A DNA stretch of 63,633 nucleotides, filler included, from Octopus bimaculoides (GCF_001194135.2; 5 parts of 5 records of this genome joined end to end with filler, not necessarily neighbours in it); one strand, 5' to 3'. Numbered from the whole stretch's first letter, positions 11,618-23,729 are shown. Program-made: numbers and translations. Notes: generated from the letters alone by a model not told the origin.

Positions 11618-12159
11618 TATTGTTATACTTTGGGATAGTCATATTTTACCAATTAAACACACGCACTATATGTTTGGCCTTCTGTATACTATGTAGGATG
11701 AATCCACAAGTAAACTGTAAGATTAGGAATATAGTCTATAGTAAAATGTGTACTGAGGGACGTACAGAAACAAGGCAACACACACTGAGGAGACGGAATA
11801 TAGCATAGGTGAGCGAATAGGTGAACACCGGCGGGAGCTCAAGGAGGCGAGAAATTCGTTTGTGCAATATACATGCACACAAAACATACTAAACACATAG
11901 ACAACAGCACACATACGCACAAGTACATACGCAAATGTATGCGCAGATAAGGATACATATCGCAGAAAGACAAATTGGACGAAACAGAACAAGAGGAGAC
12001 ACGTGGGTTAAAGAGTCGCTGATGAGGTCACAGGAAGTGTGAAGAAAGAGCTTTTACAGAGAAGCTAAAATAATACTAATAATAAAGCTGAAGTGAAGAC
12101 CAAACATATAGTGCGTATGTTTAATTGGCAAAATATGACCATCTCCAAGTATAACAATA
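11618..12159. mobile_element. MITE-like foldback element with 65-bp terminal inverted repeats
   Basis: 11618-11682 and 12095-12159 are near-identical reverse complements (tattgttatactttgggatagtcatattttaccaattaaacacacgcactatatgtttggccttc). Confidence 0.75.
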
Positions 12160-12468
12160 CTTCTACTTCACTTATTTAAATGTTATATTTAATTAGTTTC
12201 ATACTCTACTTATTATTGTTATTATATTAATTGTTCTTATTAGCAGTAGTTTATAATCTATTATATATCATATTACCTTTGAGTTTGTCATAGGTCAATA
12301 TATCTAATAATAGACACATTTACTGAATTATTTCTATAGCTGCCTATACATTATTGTGACAAGACTATTATCCAACCTATATAGATGATTGATTGTACAT
12401 ATATGTCAGTGTGCGTATGGGAGTGCGTAACTCCTCTTTATGTGTGTATGTATATGCATGCATATGTG

Positions 12469-12505
<37 letters not shown>

Positions 12506-13189
12506 ATATATATATNNNNNNNNNNNNNNNNNNNNNNNNNNNNNNNNNNNNNNNNNNNNNNNNNNNNNNNNNNNNNNNNNNNNNNNNNNNNNNNNNNNNN
12601 NNNNNNNNNNNNNNNNNNNNNNNNNNNNNNNNNNNNNNNNNNNNNNNNNNNNNNNNNNNNNNNNNNNNNNNNNNNNNNNNNNNNNNNNNNNNNNNNNNNN
12701 NNNNNNNNNNNNNNNNNNNNNNNNNNNNNNNNNNNNNNNNNNNNNNNNNNNNNNNNNNNNNNNNNNNNNNNNNNNNNNNNNNNNNNNNNNNNNNNNNNNN
12801 NNNNNNNNNNNNNNNNNNNNNNNNNNNNNNNNNNNNNNNNNNNNNNNNNNNNNNNNNNNNNNNNNNNNNNNNNNNNNNNNNNNNNNNNNNNNNNNNNNNN
12901 NNNNNNNNNNNNNNNNNNNNNNNNNNNNNNNNNNNNNNNNNNNNNNNNNNNNNNNNNNNNNNNNNNNNNNNNNNNNNNNNNNNNNNNNNNNNNNNNNNNN
13001 NNNNNNNNNNNNNNNNNNNNNNNNNNNNNNNNNNNNNNNNNNNNNNNNNNNNNNNNNNNNNNNNNNNNNNNNNNNNNNNNNNNNNNNNNNNNNNNNNNNN
13101 NNNNNNNNNNNNNNNNNNNNNNNNNNNNNNNNNNNNNNNNNNNNNNNNNNNNNNNNNNNNNNNNNNNNNNNNNNNNNNNNNNNTATTTC

Positions 13190-13700
13190 ATGTTAAAAAT
13201 TGTCGTATTTCGGTAATTTCAACCAATCACTGACGTCTATTGAGATGAAAACAATTACTGCTGTGGCTTGTCAACAACACGTTGTGGCGGTGTAATGGGA
13301 TCTTTTCCCTTGAATAAAATTAGTGCCGTTATTTGTCAACAACAACTATCGGCGTTACTGTTATTTATGACATCGTTCGTGCGTTTGTACTGGTTTTAGC
13401 TTTACGGTTTTAGGGTTCGGGTTCGGGTTTTAGAATTAGGGTTAGGGTTAGGGTTATGAGTATTTTTACTAAATTTGGGGAAAATCTGTTCAATACACCA
13501 CAAATTTTTCACCAACTTTAACACGAAATAACTTTAAAAATATAAACTTTTCTCAACAACACTAAGAGTAAAAGATGTTTTATATGACACATTCTACTAG
13601 TGTCTTAAGTTTGAAAGTGTTTCGTTAGAAAACAAATGGTGTCCGCCAAATCAGAAAGACCCCAATCCCGACCGCCATATCGACACCGCTTGTAACTGAC
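13190..13700. mobile_element. Non-autonomous element with subterminal inverted repeats and internal TTAGGG-like tract
   Basis: gtggcggtgtaatgggatcttttc (~13284) vs gaaagaccccaatcccgaccgccat (~13654); ttagggttcgggttcggg...ttagggttagggttagggtta at 13410-13456. Confidence 0.5.
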
Positions 13701-13907
13701 CTTTATCATTGTACTTTGACAAAATATTATCACCTCTCGTCGCTGTGTTACCCTCACACATTAGAAACACCAGCCTTGCCCTAAACTTCTTTTTTCCGCC
13801 GAGAGTTCAAACACTTTAATCATGGACTGGAGTAACAACGTTATCAAATTCTCTCTTTAAAGAAATCATATCTTGTTATCAAAAAATCTTTTTGCATTTT
13901 CAAATAC

Positions 13908-14010
13908 CACTGTACAGGAAATGTTGTCTATCTCGGAGCTTTCGTTGAATATAACATTTTCACTGTACAGGAAATGTTATCTATCTCGGAGCTTTCGTTG
14001 AATATAACAT
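13908..14010. repeat. 53-bp tandem duplication
   Basis: cactgtacaggaaatgtt(g/a)tctatctcggagctttcgttgaatataacat at 13908 and 13961. Confidence 0.95.
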
Positions 14011-14406
14011 ACTTCTGTTTTATGCATTGCAGGTCCATTTAGAATCACAAGAAAATACAGTGAAACATATAATGGTTTTACCTGTGCATATAGTTGATAG
14101 TTGAAGCAATAAAAAAATAAATTTGTAACTGCACTAATACTTAGATATATTTACGTACATAATGAATACATCCATTGAATATATATCTAAATGGAAACAA
14201 ACTGAAATACTCGATTCCATCAAGTTTGGATGCTGTTTACCCTTGTTTTAGTCTTGTTGGGACTGGAAACCTAGTTCACTTTAGAATCCCTCTTGGTCAA
14301 TCGAATAAGTACCAGTAAAATACAATAAAAATAGAATTAATCGGTTGTATCTGATTTTTGCTTTAGTTAAATCTTTGTTTTAATTAAATTTCCCTATCTT
14401 TTCTTC

Positions 14407-14441
<35 letters not shown>

Positions 14442-14581
14442 TGTCTGCACCCCCCCTCCCGCTCTCTCTCTATTTTTTTTCTCTGGTTTTATTTCTACCT
14501 CTTTTTAACTGATACGTTCATACAATCACATCAAATCTCTCAAGCTTCAATGTCGTCACTAGAATCGCAGATAATTTTATT

Positions 14582-14690
14582 TACATCATTTACATTTGAC
14601 GGATATTTGTCCTCATCTTGTTTGTTGTTAACGTTTCGGCTGATATACCCTCCAGCCTTTATCAGATGTCTTGGGGAAATTTGGAACCTG
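14582..14690 (-). mobile_element. Inverted partial copy of hammerhead-bearing repeat H1
   Basis: Reverse complement reads caggttccaaatttccccaagacat-CTGATAA-a-ggctg-gagggtatat-cagcc-GAAACGTT-aacaac..., homologous to 14809-14922. Confidence 0.85.
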
Positions 14691-14695
14691 CCTGT

Positions 14696-14954
14696 GGGCA
14701 TTTGGCGTAGTGGTTAAGAGTGCGGGCTACTAACTCCAAGATTCCGAGTTTCAGGCAGTGACCTGAATAATAATAATAACATCGAAAAATACCTTAAGAA
14801 TGAGAACCCAGGTTCGAAATTTCCCCAAGACACCTGATGAAGGCTGGAAGGTATATCAGTCAAAACGTTGTGTTAACAACAAACAAGATGAGAACAAATA
14901 TCCATCAAATGTAAATAATGTACATAATTCCTCATCTCTTAAATATAGAACTGT
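14696..14954 (+). mobile_element. Repeat H1: tRNA-like head, (AAT)n spacer, then hammerhead-containing body
   Basis: A-box TGGCGTAGTGG at 14703-14713, tRNA-like ggttaagagtgcgggctactaactcc, eroded B-box (~14746-14752), body with hammerhead at 14829-14874; 3' body also seen at 32345-32390. Confidence 0.7.
14829..14874 (+). ncRNA. Minimal type I hammerhead ribozyme motif (this copy G12A, probably inactive)
   Basis: gacac-CTGATGA-a-ggctg(gaaggtatat)cagtc-AAA-acgt-t-gtgtt: stem I gacac/gtgtt, stem II 5 bp, palindromic stem III ACGU; G12 is intact in the inverted copy. Confidence 0.75.
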
Positions 14955-16000
14955 GCAGATAATTTGTTATGTATTCTACAAATAAGTGATGTATGATAAA
15001 TGAGAATGTCTGTGCAATCTCAACTGATATAAAGAATGTGTGCCCATATATGAGCGTGTATTTATGTGCAACATTATTTTAACATGTCATGTTGCAGACA
15101 ACAATTAATCAAACTTCTTCAATTAAGTTTTTCTAGTGTATTGTCTAAAGTTTTGTCTTTAGAATACTATGCGATTAAACTTGCATAAAATTTCTTCTTC
15201 TAATGTTTCTCACACATGCAGTCATCTTTAAAACCAAATAGTTATATATCTGAAGGCATAACTAATGGTAACTACGATCACTTTCCAATAGCGTCATTTC
15301 GATTTCGAATCCAGTGTCCAACACCTCGGATAAGTGTTTCTTTTTTTTTTTTTTGCTGTAACCCTGCATTAATCAGTACATTGTGAGAGAATTTGTCGAG
15401 CGGGAACTGTGAAACTGAAGCTATTTGAAACATTGTTATACACACACCGATTGGTTCTGCTACAATCATACTAAAAGAACTTTTGCAATTTAGAAATATT
15501 ACTGTTTTCAAGTAAGAACCGATAACAATGTTTTTAAAAATATAGCATCTTCTATAGGAAAACTTCTGCAGATAAAATGATTTTCTATTAAAAATTTCGT
15601 CATAAAAATTCCCATGAAAGTCACAGTGAGAAATTGGTGAACACATAATTTTAGGAAAACTTGTATTTAGTGAAAAGATAGATGTTTCTTTGTCAATTGT
15701 GAGATCTTTGGCAAGGACGAAAATAAGTGGGAAATTTACGTTAAAGTGGTTTTACTTGTGTATATAGTTGATAGTTGAAGCAATAAAAGAAATAAATTTG
15801 TTACTTCACTAATACTTAGATATATTTACGTACATAATAAATAAATCTATTGTATATATATATATCTAAATTTATTAATCTATATACTAACCGAGATACA
15901 CAGTGATATTCAGGTATTTTATTTAAACTAACACAATGCAGTAAGGTGTTGATTTTGTCATGCATTACAAACTATATAAAGATTTGGGATCCTCCTATAT

Positions 16001-16252
16001 CAGTGTCTATTAATCATTTTTCTCTTATGGACTTCTTTGATTCCTATTTTACTCTAGAGGACCCTCACAGCTATTCAATGTTTTAAAAAATCCTGTTATA
16101 TTTTATTATTAAATAGTATTAGGAAATGTATAAAAGACTGCTAAAATATTTCGTTTGTTGTGGAAGTACAACTTGTTTATTTCACATAAATCTTAACAAC
16201 AAAATTTTATATGGACCCCCAAGGGTTATATGGAACCCGGTTGAGACGACTG
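16001..16252. mobile_element. Possible hAT-type MITE, decayed
   Basis: Ends cagtgtctattaatc and ggttgagacgactg resemble CAGTG-type hAT TIRs; flanks tcctatat/atctatat could be an eroded 8-bp TSD. Confidence 0.35.
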
Positions 16253-17455
16253 ATCTATATAATTGCTATTTAAGTAAGAATTACTACGAAATAGTGTTGA
16301 CTATGTGAAAAAGCAGGATTTGCCTGGTTCACCCTAACAACTTCCAATGATTTTCCTCGATATTTATTAACGGTCATAGTGAAACGGAGTTTGGATAAAT
16401 TTTCCTTTAAATATCTTTCCGTATTAAACCTTGTATTATCGTATTATATGTGAATAGATTATCGTTATATATGCACATATGATGACTCCTTTTTGAGGCG
16501 ATCTCTTATATATTTGCACGGTAAAAAAAACGATAATGATTAACCATACTTATGAATGACTAATTAGATTTCGTAAAATTATAGATTTAAAGACCAAAAA
16601 AAAATCTATCAAAGTGAAATTGTCCAGTAACGTCTGTGTTCTGAGTAACTTCGTATAAATAAAATGTTAATAATCGTAATTACTTATTCCTTAGAATTTT
16701 CTGCAAAAACAATTCGTTTTCCCAGAAGAAGAATGACAATTACGTATCTACTATTTGTAAACATTTTTGAAACCTATCATTTGAACTTTAGCTCTTGCGC
16801 AATGAACATTGTTAAGATCCATGCATATGTAATATTAATTTTAATATTGCTCTATATATATGTGCATTCGTGCATGTACATATACATGTATGAATACATA
16901 TGTGTATCGGTGCAAATGTCTTTGTATGTATGTAAAATAGAACTGTATGCATGTATATATGTATACACACGCATAACGTGAGAAGGGAAAGAAAAGTTCA
17001 TTCCATTTGCTGACAGTTATTTTGTAATTTATGTCTGGTTCCATCGACGCAACTTCGTCCGACACGCATATGAATAAATATATAGAAAGATACAGTGGTG
17101 TAACGTAATGAACAGACTACATATGAGAACGAATCATGCTAAGTCAAGCATCAGAACTCCGCTAGAAGTAGCATTATATAGTAGGTAATAGACGTATTAC
17201 AGAATGACCATATTCGGAACGAATCAAAGACCAAGAATAAGTAGACAAACATTAAAAAAAAGTATCAATATAGGAAATACATACACACTCATATATATTT
17301 GTATATATGTGTATGTGTGTGTGTGTGTGTGTGTGTTTATGTATGTATGTATTTGTATATTATACTCTATTAATTAGAATCTTATGTTGTATAATCTTCG
17401 TTTTATATTGACCACCCTCTAATCAAATGTATGCATATCTATCTATCTATCTATA

Positions 17456-17487
<32 letters not shown>

Positions 17488-18104
17488 ATATGTTTGTGTG
17501 TTTGTGTGTGTGTGTTGTTTGAAATATGAATATGACAATCTTCTGGTATTGTTTTAGATAAAGATTGATACATTGGTAGATCATGTTGTTTTTTTGTATA
17601 CATATTTTGCTATCAGTATGTATAAGTGTAAATGTAAACTAATTTTGTATCTTTCTTGACTTACAAATGTTTCCGTCAAGAACTGCAATATATTTCATAC
17701 TGACTTTCACCTGTACAAGACGTTGTTTTATATTTTATATTGTCGCTTCCCACCTTGTTGAAAAAAATAAAACTAAAGATAAATATCGAAATTCCGCCCT
17801 CAAAGATCTTTTTATCTCTAAAACGTCCAGGCTCTATAAAGCGAACTGTAATTTTTTGGCAATGTTTCTTTTATACATATCTTTCTACTTGAATGTATAC
17901 ATTAATCATCAATCAGTTTTATGCGCAGTTATATATAAATATATGTGTAAACAAATAGAAAAAAAAAATTGTGGACCGTTTTTATGAGATGAATACATGT
18001 AAGAATTAAATATTTTGAACTTCTCAAGAACAAGTGCATAGTGCCAATTGACTCTTCCGACATAAATTCGGTATATGTATCTGTTTCCATATGCTGATAC
18101 ATCT

Positions 18105-19323
18105 TTTATTTTGTCTTTTATTTATTTCAGTCATTGAACTGTGGCCATACTGGGACACCGCTGTCAAAGGTTTAAATCACACAAATCTACCTTAGTATTT
18201 ATTTTTAAAGGTGGAACTTATTCTGTATGTCTCTTAGGCCGAAATGCTAAGTTACGTAAACTAACCAACACCAACTTTCAAGCGGTGGGTGGTGACAAGT
18301 ATAGCGCAAAGATAAACACACACACACACACACACACACANNNNNNNNNNNNNNNNNNNNNNNNNNNNNNNNNNNNNNNNNNNNNNNNNNNNNNNNNNNN
18401 NNNNNNNNNNNNNNNNNNNNNNNNNNNNNNNNNNNNNNNNNNNNNNNNNNNNNNNNNNNNNNNNNNNNNNNNNNNNNNNNNNNNNNNNNNNNNNNNNNNN
18501 NNNNNNNNNNNNNNNNNNNNNNNNNNNNNNNNNNNNNNNNNNNNNNNNNNNNNNNNNNNNNNNNNNNNNNNNNNNNNNNNNNNNNNNNNNNNNNNNNNNN
18601 NNNNNNNNNNNNNNNNNNNNNNNNNNNNNNNNNNNNNNNNNNNNNNNNNNNNNNNNNNNNNNNNNNNNNNNNNNNNNNNNNNNNNNNNNNNNNNNNNNNN
18701 NNNNNNNNNNNNNNNNNNNNNNNNNNNNNNNNNNNNNNNNNNNNNNNNNNNNNNNNNNNNNNNNNNNNNNNNNNNNNNNNNNNNNNNNNNNNNNNNNNNN
18801 NNNNNNNNNNNNNNNNNNNNNNNNNNNNNNNNNNNNNNNNNNNNNNNNNNNNNNNNNNNNNNNNNNNNNNNNNNNNNNNNNNNNNNNNNNNNNNNNNNNN
18901 NNNNNNNNNNNNNNNNNNNNNNNNNNNNNNNNNNNNNNNNNNNNNNNNNNNNNNNNNNNNNNNNNNNNNNNNNNNNNNNNNNNNNNNNNNNNNNNNNNNN
19001 NNNNNNNNNNNNNNNNNNNNNNNNNNNNNNNNNNNNNNNNNNNNNNNNNNNNNNNNNNNNNNNNNNNNNNNNNNNNNNNNNNNNNNNNNNNNNNNNNNNN
19101 NNNNNNNNNNNNNNNNNNNNNNNNNNNNNNNNNNNNNNNNNNNNNNNNNNNNNNNNNNNNNNNNNNNNNNNNNNNNNNNNNNNNNNNNNNNNNNNNNNNN
19201 NNNNNNNNNNGATATAGTAGAAGACACTTAGCCAAGGTAAGTTTCAGTTATTTGACTGCGGCCATGCTAGACCGCCGCCTTTAGTCGAACAAATCGACCC
19301 TAGGACTTACTCTTTGTAAGCCT
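18105..19323 (-). mobile_element. SINE family B copy spanning an N gap, plus a second 3' tail at 19250-19323
   Basis: tttcagtcattgaactgtggccatactggg...ccgaaatgctaagttacg (18105-18340), tatagtagaagacactt (~19213), tttcagttatttgactgcggccatgc (~19252). Confidence 0.75.
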
Positions 19324-19325
19324 AT

Positions 19326-20230
19326 ATTTTATCTTTTATCTTTTACGGGTTTCAGCTAGAGGCTGAGGCCGTGCAGGTGCACCGCCTTTACTGCATCCGG
19401 GGATTTTCCCAGTATTGCTTCTGGTGAAGTAGCGAGTTGGACGTTGCCGCTCTTCTTTGTGCCTCCTGTCGTGATGTGGTTTCATCCGGTATTGCATATA
19501 AAAAACTGTCCAGACATTTTTGAAGACTTCCATGTCTACACCTCGCAGATCCCTGATGTTCTGTGGTAGGGCATTAAAAAGTTGTGGTCCCTTGAATCCA
19601 AAGCTATTACAATATTGGGTTCGTATCATCGATGGAGAATGTGCAACCTTTGGTACCGTGCAGTGCCGTCCAGTTCGGAGAAGGTTGTAGATTTCGATTC
19701 CGAAATTTGGAGCCAGACCCTCCATTATTTTCCATTTGTATAGCCCTGCATATCTCTCATGTCTCCTCTCAAGAGAGTACAGTCCCAGTTCCTTTAACCT
19801 CTTCCAGTAGCCCATGTGTTTTACTGAGTCTATCTTCTTTGTGTCGTGGTGTTAGATCGCCTCTAGTTCCGCAATTAGTTTTACGCTCTGTGGTGACCAA
19901 AATTGAGAGCAGTAGTCCAGACGAATGAGGACAAAGGTTCTCCAAAGCAGAAGCATTGTGTCTCTGTTCCTGGTCCTGAAGGATCTCAGGATCCAACCTG
20001 CCACCCGTCTGCAGAGTGTTACCATCTGAACAATGTGCCCATGGAAAGTTGCGTCGTTGCTCATGTGAATTCCTAGGCCGCGCACCGACTCTAGCTCTGG
20101 GATTACATTGCCTGCTGGTCCCGTGTACTTCAGTTGTAGTTTGTTTGTGGGCTGATAGTGGAGTACTTGAAATTTTGCGGCATTGAACTGTATATTATTC
20201 TCATCTGCCCACATATATTTGCATTCAGGT
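19326..20230 (-). mobile_element. CR1/L2-group LINE, 5'-truncated 3' end with (TAAAAGA)n-like tail
   Basis: ORFs 19852-20214 (WADENNIQFNAAKF...LDYCSQFWSP) and 19336-19815 (YWKRLKELGLYSLERR...GPQLFNALP) are CR1-type RT C-terminus; tail at 19326-19390. Confidence 0.88.
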
Positions 20231-21007
20231 CATTCCACAGTCTTAGGGTGTGTATATATATATATATATATANNNNNNNNNNNNNNNNNNNNNNNNNNNN
20301 NNNNNNNNNNNNNNNNNNNNNNNNNNNNNNNNNNNNNNNNNNNNNNNNNNNNNNNNNNNNNNNNNNNNNNNNNNNNNNNNNNNNNNNNNNNNNNNNNNNN
20401 NNNNNNNNNNNNNNNNNNNNNNNNNNNNNNNNNNNNNNNNNNNNNNNNNNNNNNNNNNNNNNNNNNNNNNNNNNNNNNNNNNNNNNNNNNNNNNNNNNNN
20501 NNNNNNNNNNNNNNNNNNNNNNNNNNNNNNNNNNNNNNNNNNNNNNNNNNNNNNNNNNNNNNNNNNNNNNNNNNNNNNNNNNNNNNNNNNNNNNNNNNNN
20601 NNNNNNNNNNNNNNNNNNNNNNNNNNNNNNNNNNNNNNNNNNNNNNNNNNNNNNNNNNNNNNNNNNNNNNNNNNNNNNNNNNNNNNNNNNNNNNNNNNNN
20701 NNNNNNNNNNNNNNNNNNNNNNNNNNNNNNNNNNNNNNNNNNTCTCTCCCACTTGGATTTGAAATGTTGCCACATTTATAATATGTCTTTTCTACAGTAA
20801 TTTTCTGCATTTTCGTGCAGCTGAAGATTGCTCTTCGTATTGCATTTAATGTAATGCTCGCATTACTTAAATAAATTGGAATAGCATGAAACGTGCGTAC
20901 TGCAATCACCTTTGAAATTCGTGTTGCTTATTTTTTGATTTTGATCACCTATCCTTTTAGGATACGATATTCGGGTGCCTACGCATAAGTACCATATTCA
21001 ACCTTGA

Positions 21008-21040
<33 letters not shown>

Positions 21041-21044
<4 letters not shown>

Positions 21045-21972
21045 GTGCGCTGAATAAACTATCATCTAAATTACGCAAAAATGTATCTTGAAATACGAGA
21101 GAGTAAATTTATCCAATAAAATCACCATTGGCTTCAACCACGGCCTCTAGACGACTTCGGAATCTCCTGCGACTCTTCTGAACTGTCTCCTTGTTTAAGT
21201 TGGTGAATGCTGTGCCATAATCCTTGCCTTCAATTCATTTTTGGTGTTACAAGGAGTTTTGTTGATCGCTTGCTCAACTGCGATCCACACATAATAATTA
21301 AGGGGGTTGCAGTCTGGGGAGTTAGGTGGTCAGATGTTAGGGGTGATGTGGTCGCAGAAACTGTCTGGCAGCTATGACTGGGTTCTGCTTGTGTGGCATA
21401 GTGCAGAGTCCTGTTGCCAGATATAGGTCTTCCAGCAGCCACCCTTTTGACTCAGGGCACCCTCCTCCAGGCACTTGATGTAGGCTTCTGTGTTGAATGT
21501 GAGGCTGTGTGGGAAGATGAATGAAGGTATAACGTCGCCATCACTAGTGATCACTCCAAACACCATCATATTGACGGGATATTTGATTTTTATCAGTCTC
21601 GGTAATGTTTTGGGGAAACAGCAAGCCATCGATTGTTTTGTGTGTTCACCATCTGATCCTGGCAGAAAATGTTCTCGTCTGAGAAAAACCAAAGCGTGTT
21701 TCGTTGGAGGGGACGCTTGAGTTTATTCAAAAGCTTCGTAGCGGGGTCTTCCTTCTTGTCCTTGTTGTTTTGGGATAAAAATTGGTCATTTCTAACCTTA
21801 TATGAGGAATACCAAATGTTTTCATGCTTGATAAGAAACTCAGACACTCTCATGTCCCTGGCGATGAACCTGATAAACTTGGAGAGAACGTTGTCAATCA
21901 TGGTCTGGATATCACCAACAAATTCATGAGGTTTTTTTTCCTTATCAGAACGATCGGAATGAGTTTTCTGAG
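21041..21972 (-). mobile_element. Tc1/mariner superfamily transposase remnant (maT/DD37D-like), other end in gap
   Basis: FSDE (~21680), MMVFGVITSDGD...WQQDSA (ORF 21372-21692), and WPPNSPDCNPLNYYVW by frameshift (~21285-21335); terminus TA-CAGAGTGCGC at 21041. Confidence 0.85.
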
Positions 21973-22694
21973 NNNNNNNNNNNNNNNNNNNNNNNNNNNN
22001 NNNNNNNNNNNNNNNNNNNNNNNNNNNNNNNNNNNNNNNNNNNNNNNNNNNNNNNNNNNNNNNNNNNNNNNNNNNNNNNNNNNNNNNNNNNNNNNNNNNN
22101 NNNNNNNNNNNNNNNNNNNNNNNNNNNNNNNNNNNNNNNNNNNNNNNNNNNNNNNNNNNNNNNNNNNNNNNNNNNNNNNNNNNNNNNNNNNNNNNNNNNN
22201 NNNNNNNNNNNNNNNNNNNNNNNNNNNNNNNNNNNNNNNNNNNNNNNNNNNNNNNNNNNNNNNNNNNNNNNNNNNNNNNNNNNNNNNNNNNNNNNNNNNN
22301 NNNNNNNNNNNNNNNNNNNNNNNNNNNNNNNNNNNNNNNNNNNNNNNNNNNNNNNNNNNNNNNNNNNNNNNNNNNNNNNNNNNNNNNNNNNNNNNNNNNN
22401 NNNNNNNNNNNNNNNNNNNNNNNNNNNNNNNNNNNNNNNNNNNNNNNNNNNNNNNNNNNNNNNNNNNNNNNNNNNNNNNNNNNNNNNNNNNNNNNNNNNN
22501 NNNNNNNNNNNNNNNNNNNNNNNNNNNNNNNNNNNNNNNNNNNNNNNNNNNNNNNNNNNNNNNNNNNNNNNNNNNNNNNNNNNNNNNNNNNNNCATAGCC
22601 TTTGAGTTGAAGCATATAAAAGAAAAGAAAATAATAAAAGTATTTGTGTATCTATTTATATGCTCGTATGTATGTAAATGTTTGTACACACATG

Positions 22695-22750
<56 letters not shown>

Positions 22751-23484
22751 AGTGTGTGTGTGTGTGTGTGTGCATTTTTCTGCACGCATTTGTACTTGTG
22801 TGTGTGTGTGTGTGTGGAGATAGATGTATACAAATAGGCATTATAGAAGAGGAAAGGGTGAAGTGACTATGAGAGAATTAGAAAATAAAAACAGCGGCAA
22901 ATATCCACACAAACACACATGTGTACATGTATACACACGCACATACACACATAGACACATACACTCATACACACACACAGACACACAGTTTTGCACGCGC
23001 GAAGTGAAAAGGAGTGATCGGGAGAAAAAGAAATCTAAATGGCCAGTATCAAATGAATAAAAATGACATTTCTGACGTTTATGAACAATACTAAACCAGA
23101 CAAGATGGAGTGAGCATCTGTCTGAAGATGCAAGTTGATAATATATCAATTCTTCAGGCAGGATACTGTAGTATGGGGGCACGTTTCAAATTTCTGGTAT
23201 GACAAGAAAATGAAGATTGGGATGTCCATAGGGCTATATATAGAGTGATAAATTACTTTTCTGTCATCAACAACTTCAGCATCATCCTCATGCCGTATTT
23301 ACTTGTCAAGTAAAATATTCACATGGAAGTGAATGTCTGTATGTCTGAGAGCGACTTTAATTGAAGACAGAAAAAAACAACCAAGACTGGTGGCGGAGTC
23401 TTTTAGTGTGCAATGGACTCCCCGCGAATCTCACTGCCTTCTCGATATCCACAAAAGTGTTTTAATTTAGTGTATATATACATA

Positions 23485-23696
23485 CTCTTTTACTCTTTTA
23501 CTTGTTTCAGTCTTTTGACTGTGGCCATGCTGGAGCACCGCCTTTTAGTCGAGCAAATCGACCCCAGGACTTATTCTTTAGAAGCCTAGTACTTATTCTA
23601 TCGATCTCTTTTGCCGAACCGCTAAGTTACGGGGACATAAACACACCAGCATCGGTTGTCAAGCGATGTTGGGGGGACAAACACACACATACAAAC

Positions 23697-23729
<33 letters not shown>

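Larger units (their letters stand above)
14074..15871. repeat. Pair of ~120-bp direct repeats (14074-14192 and 15748-15871)
   Basis: ggttttac(c/t)tgtg(c/t)atatagttgatagttgaagcaataaaa...atacttagatatatttacgtacataat...atatatctaaat in both. Confidence 0.85.

Noticed and set aside
12019-12047. CTGATGA...GAAA as a functional hammerhead
   Set aside because: No closing G10.1-C11.1 pair, no stem I partner, no stem III; kept only as a possible relic
14696-14765. tRNA gene (also SINE A/B/C heads)
   Set aside because: A-box present but no complete cloverleaf or acceptor stem; these are SINE heads
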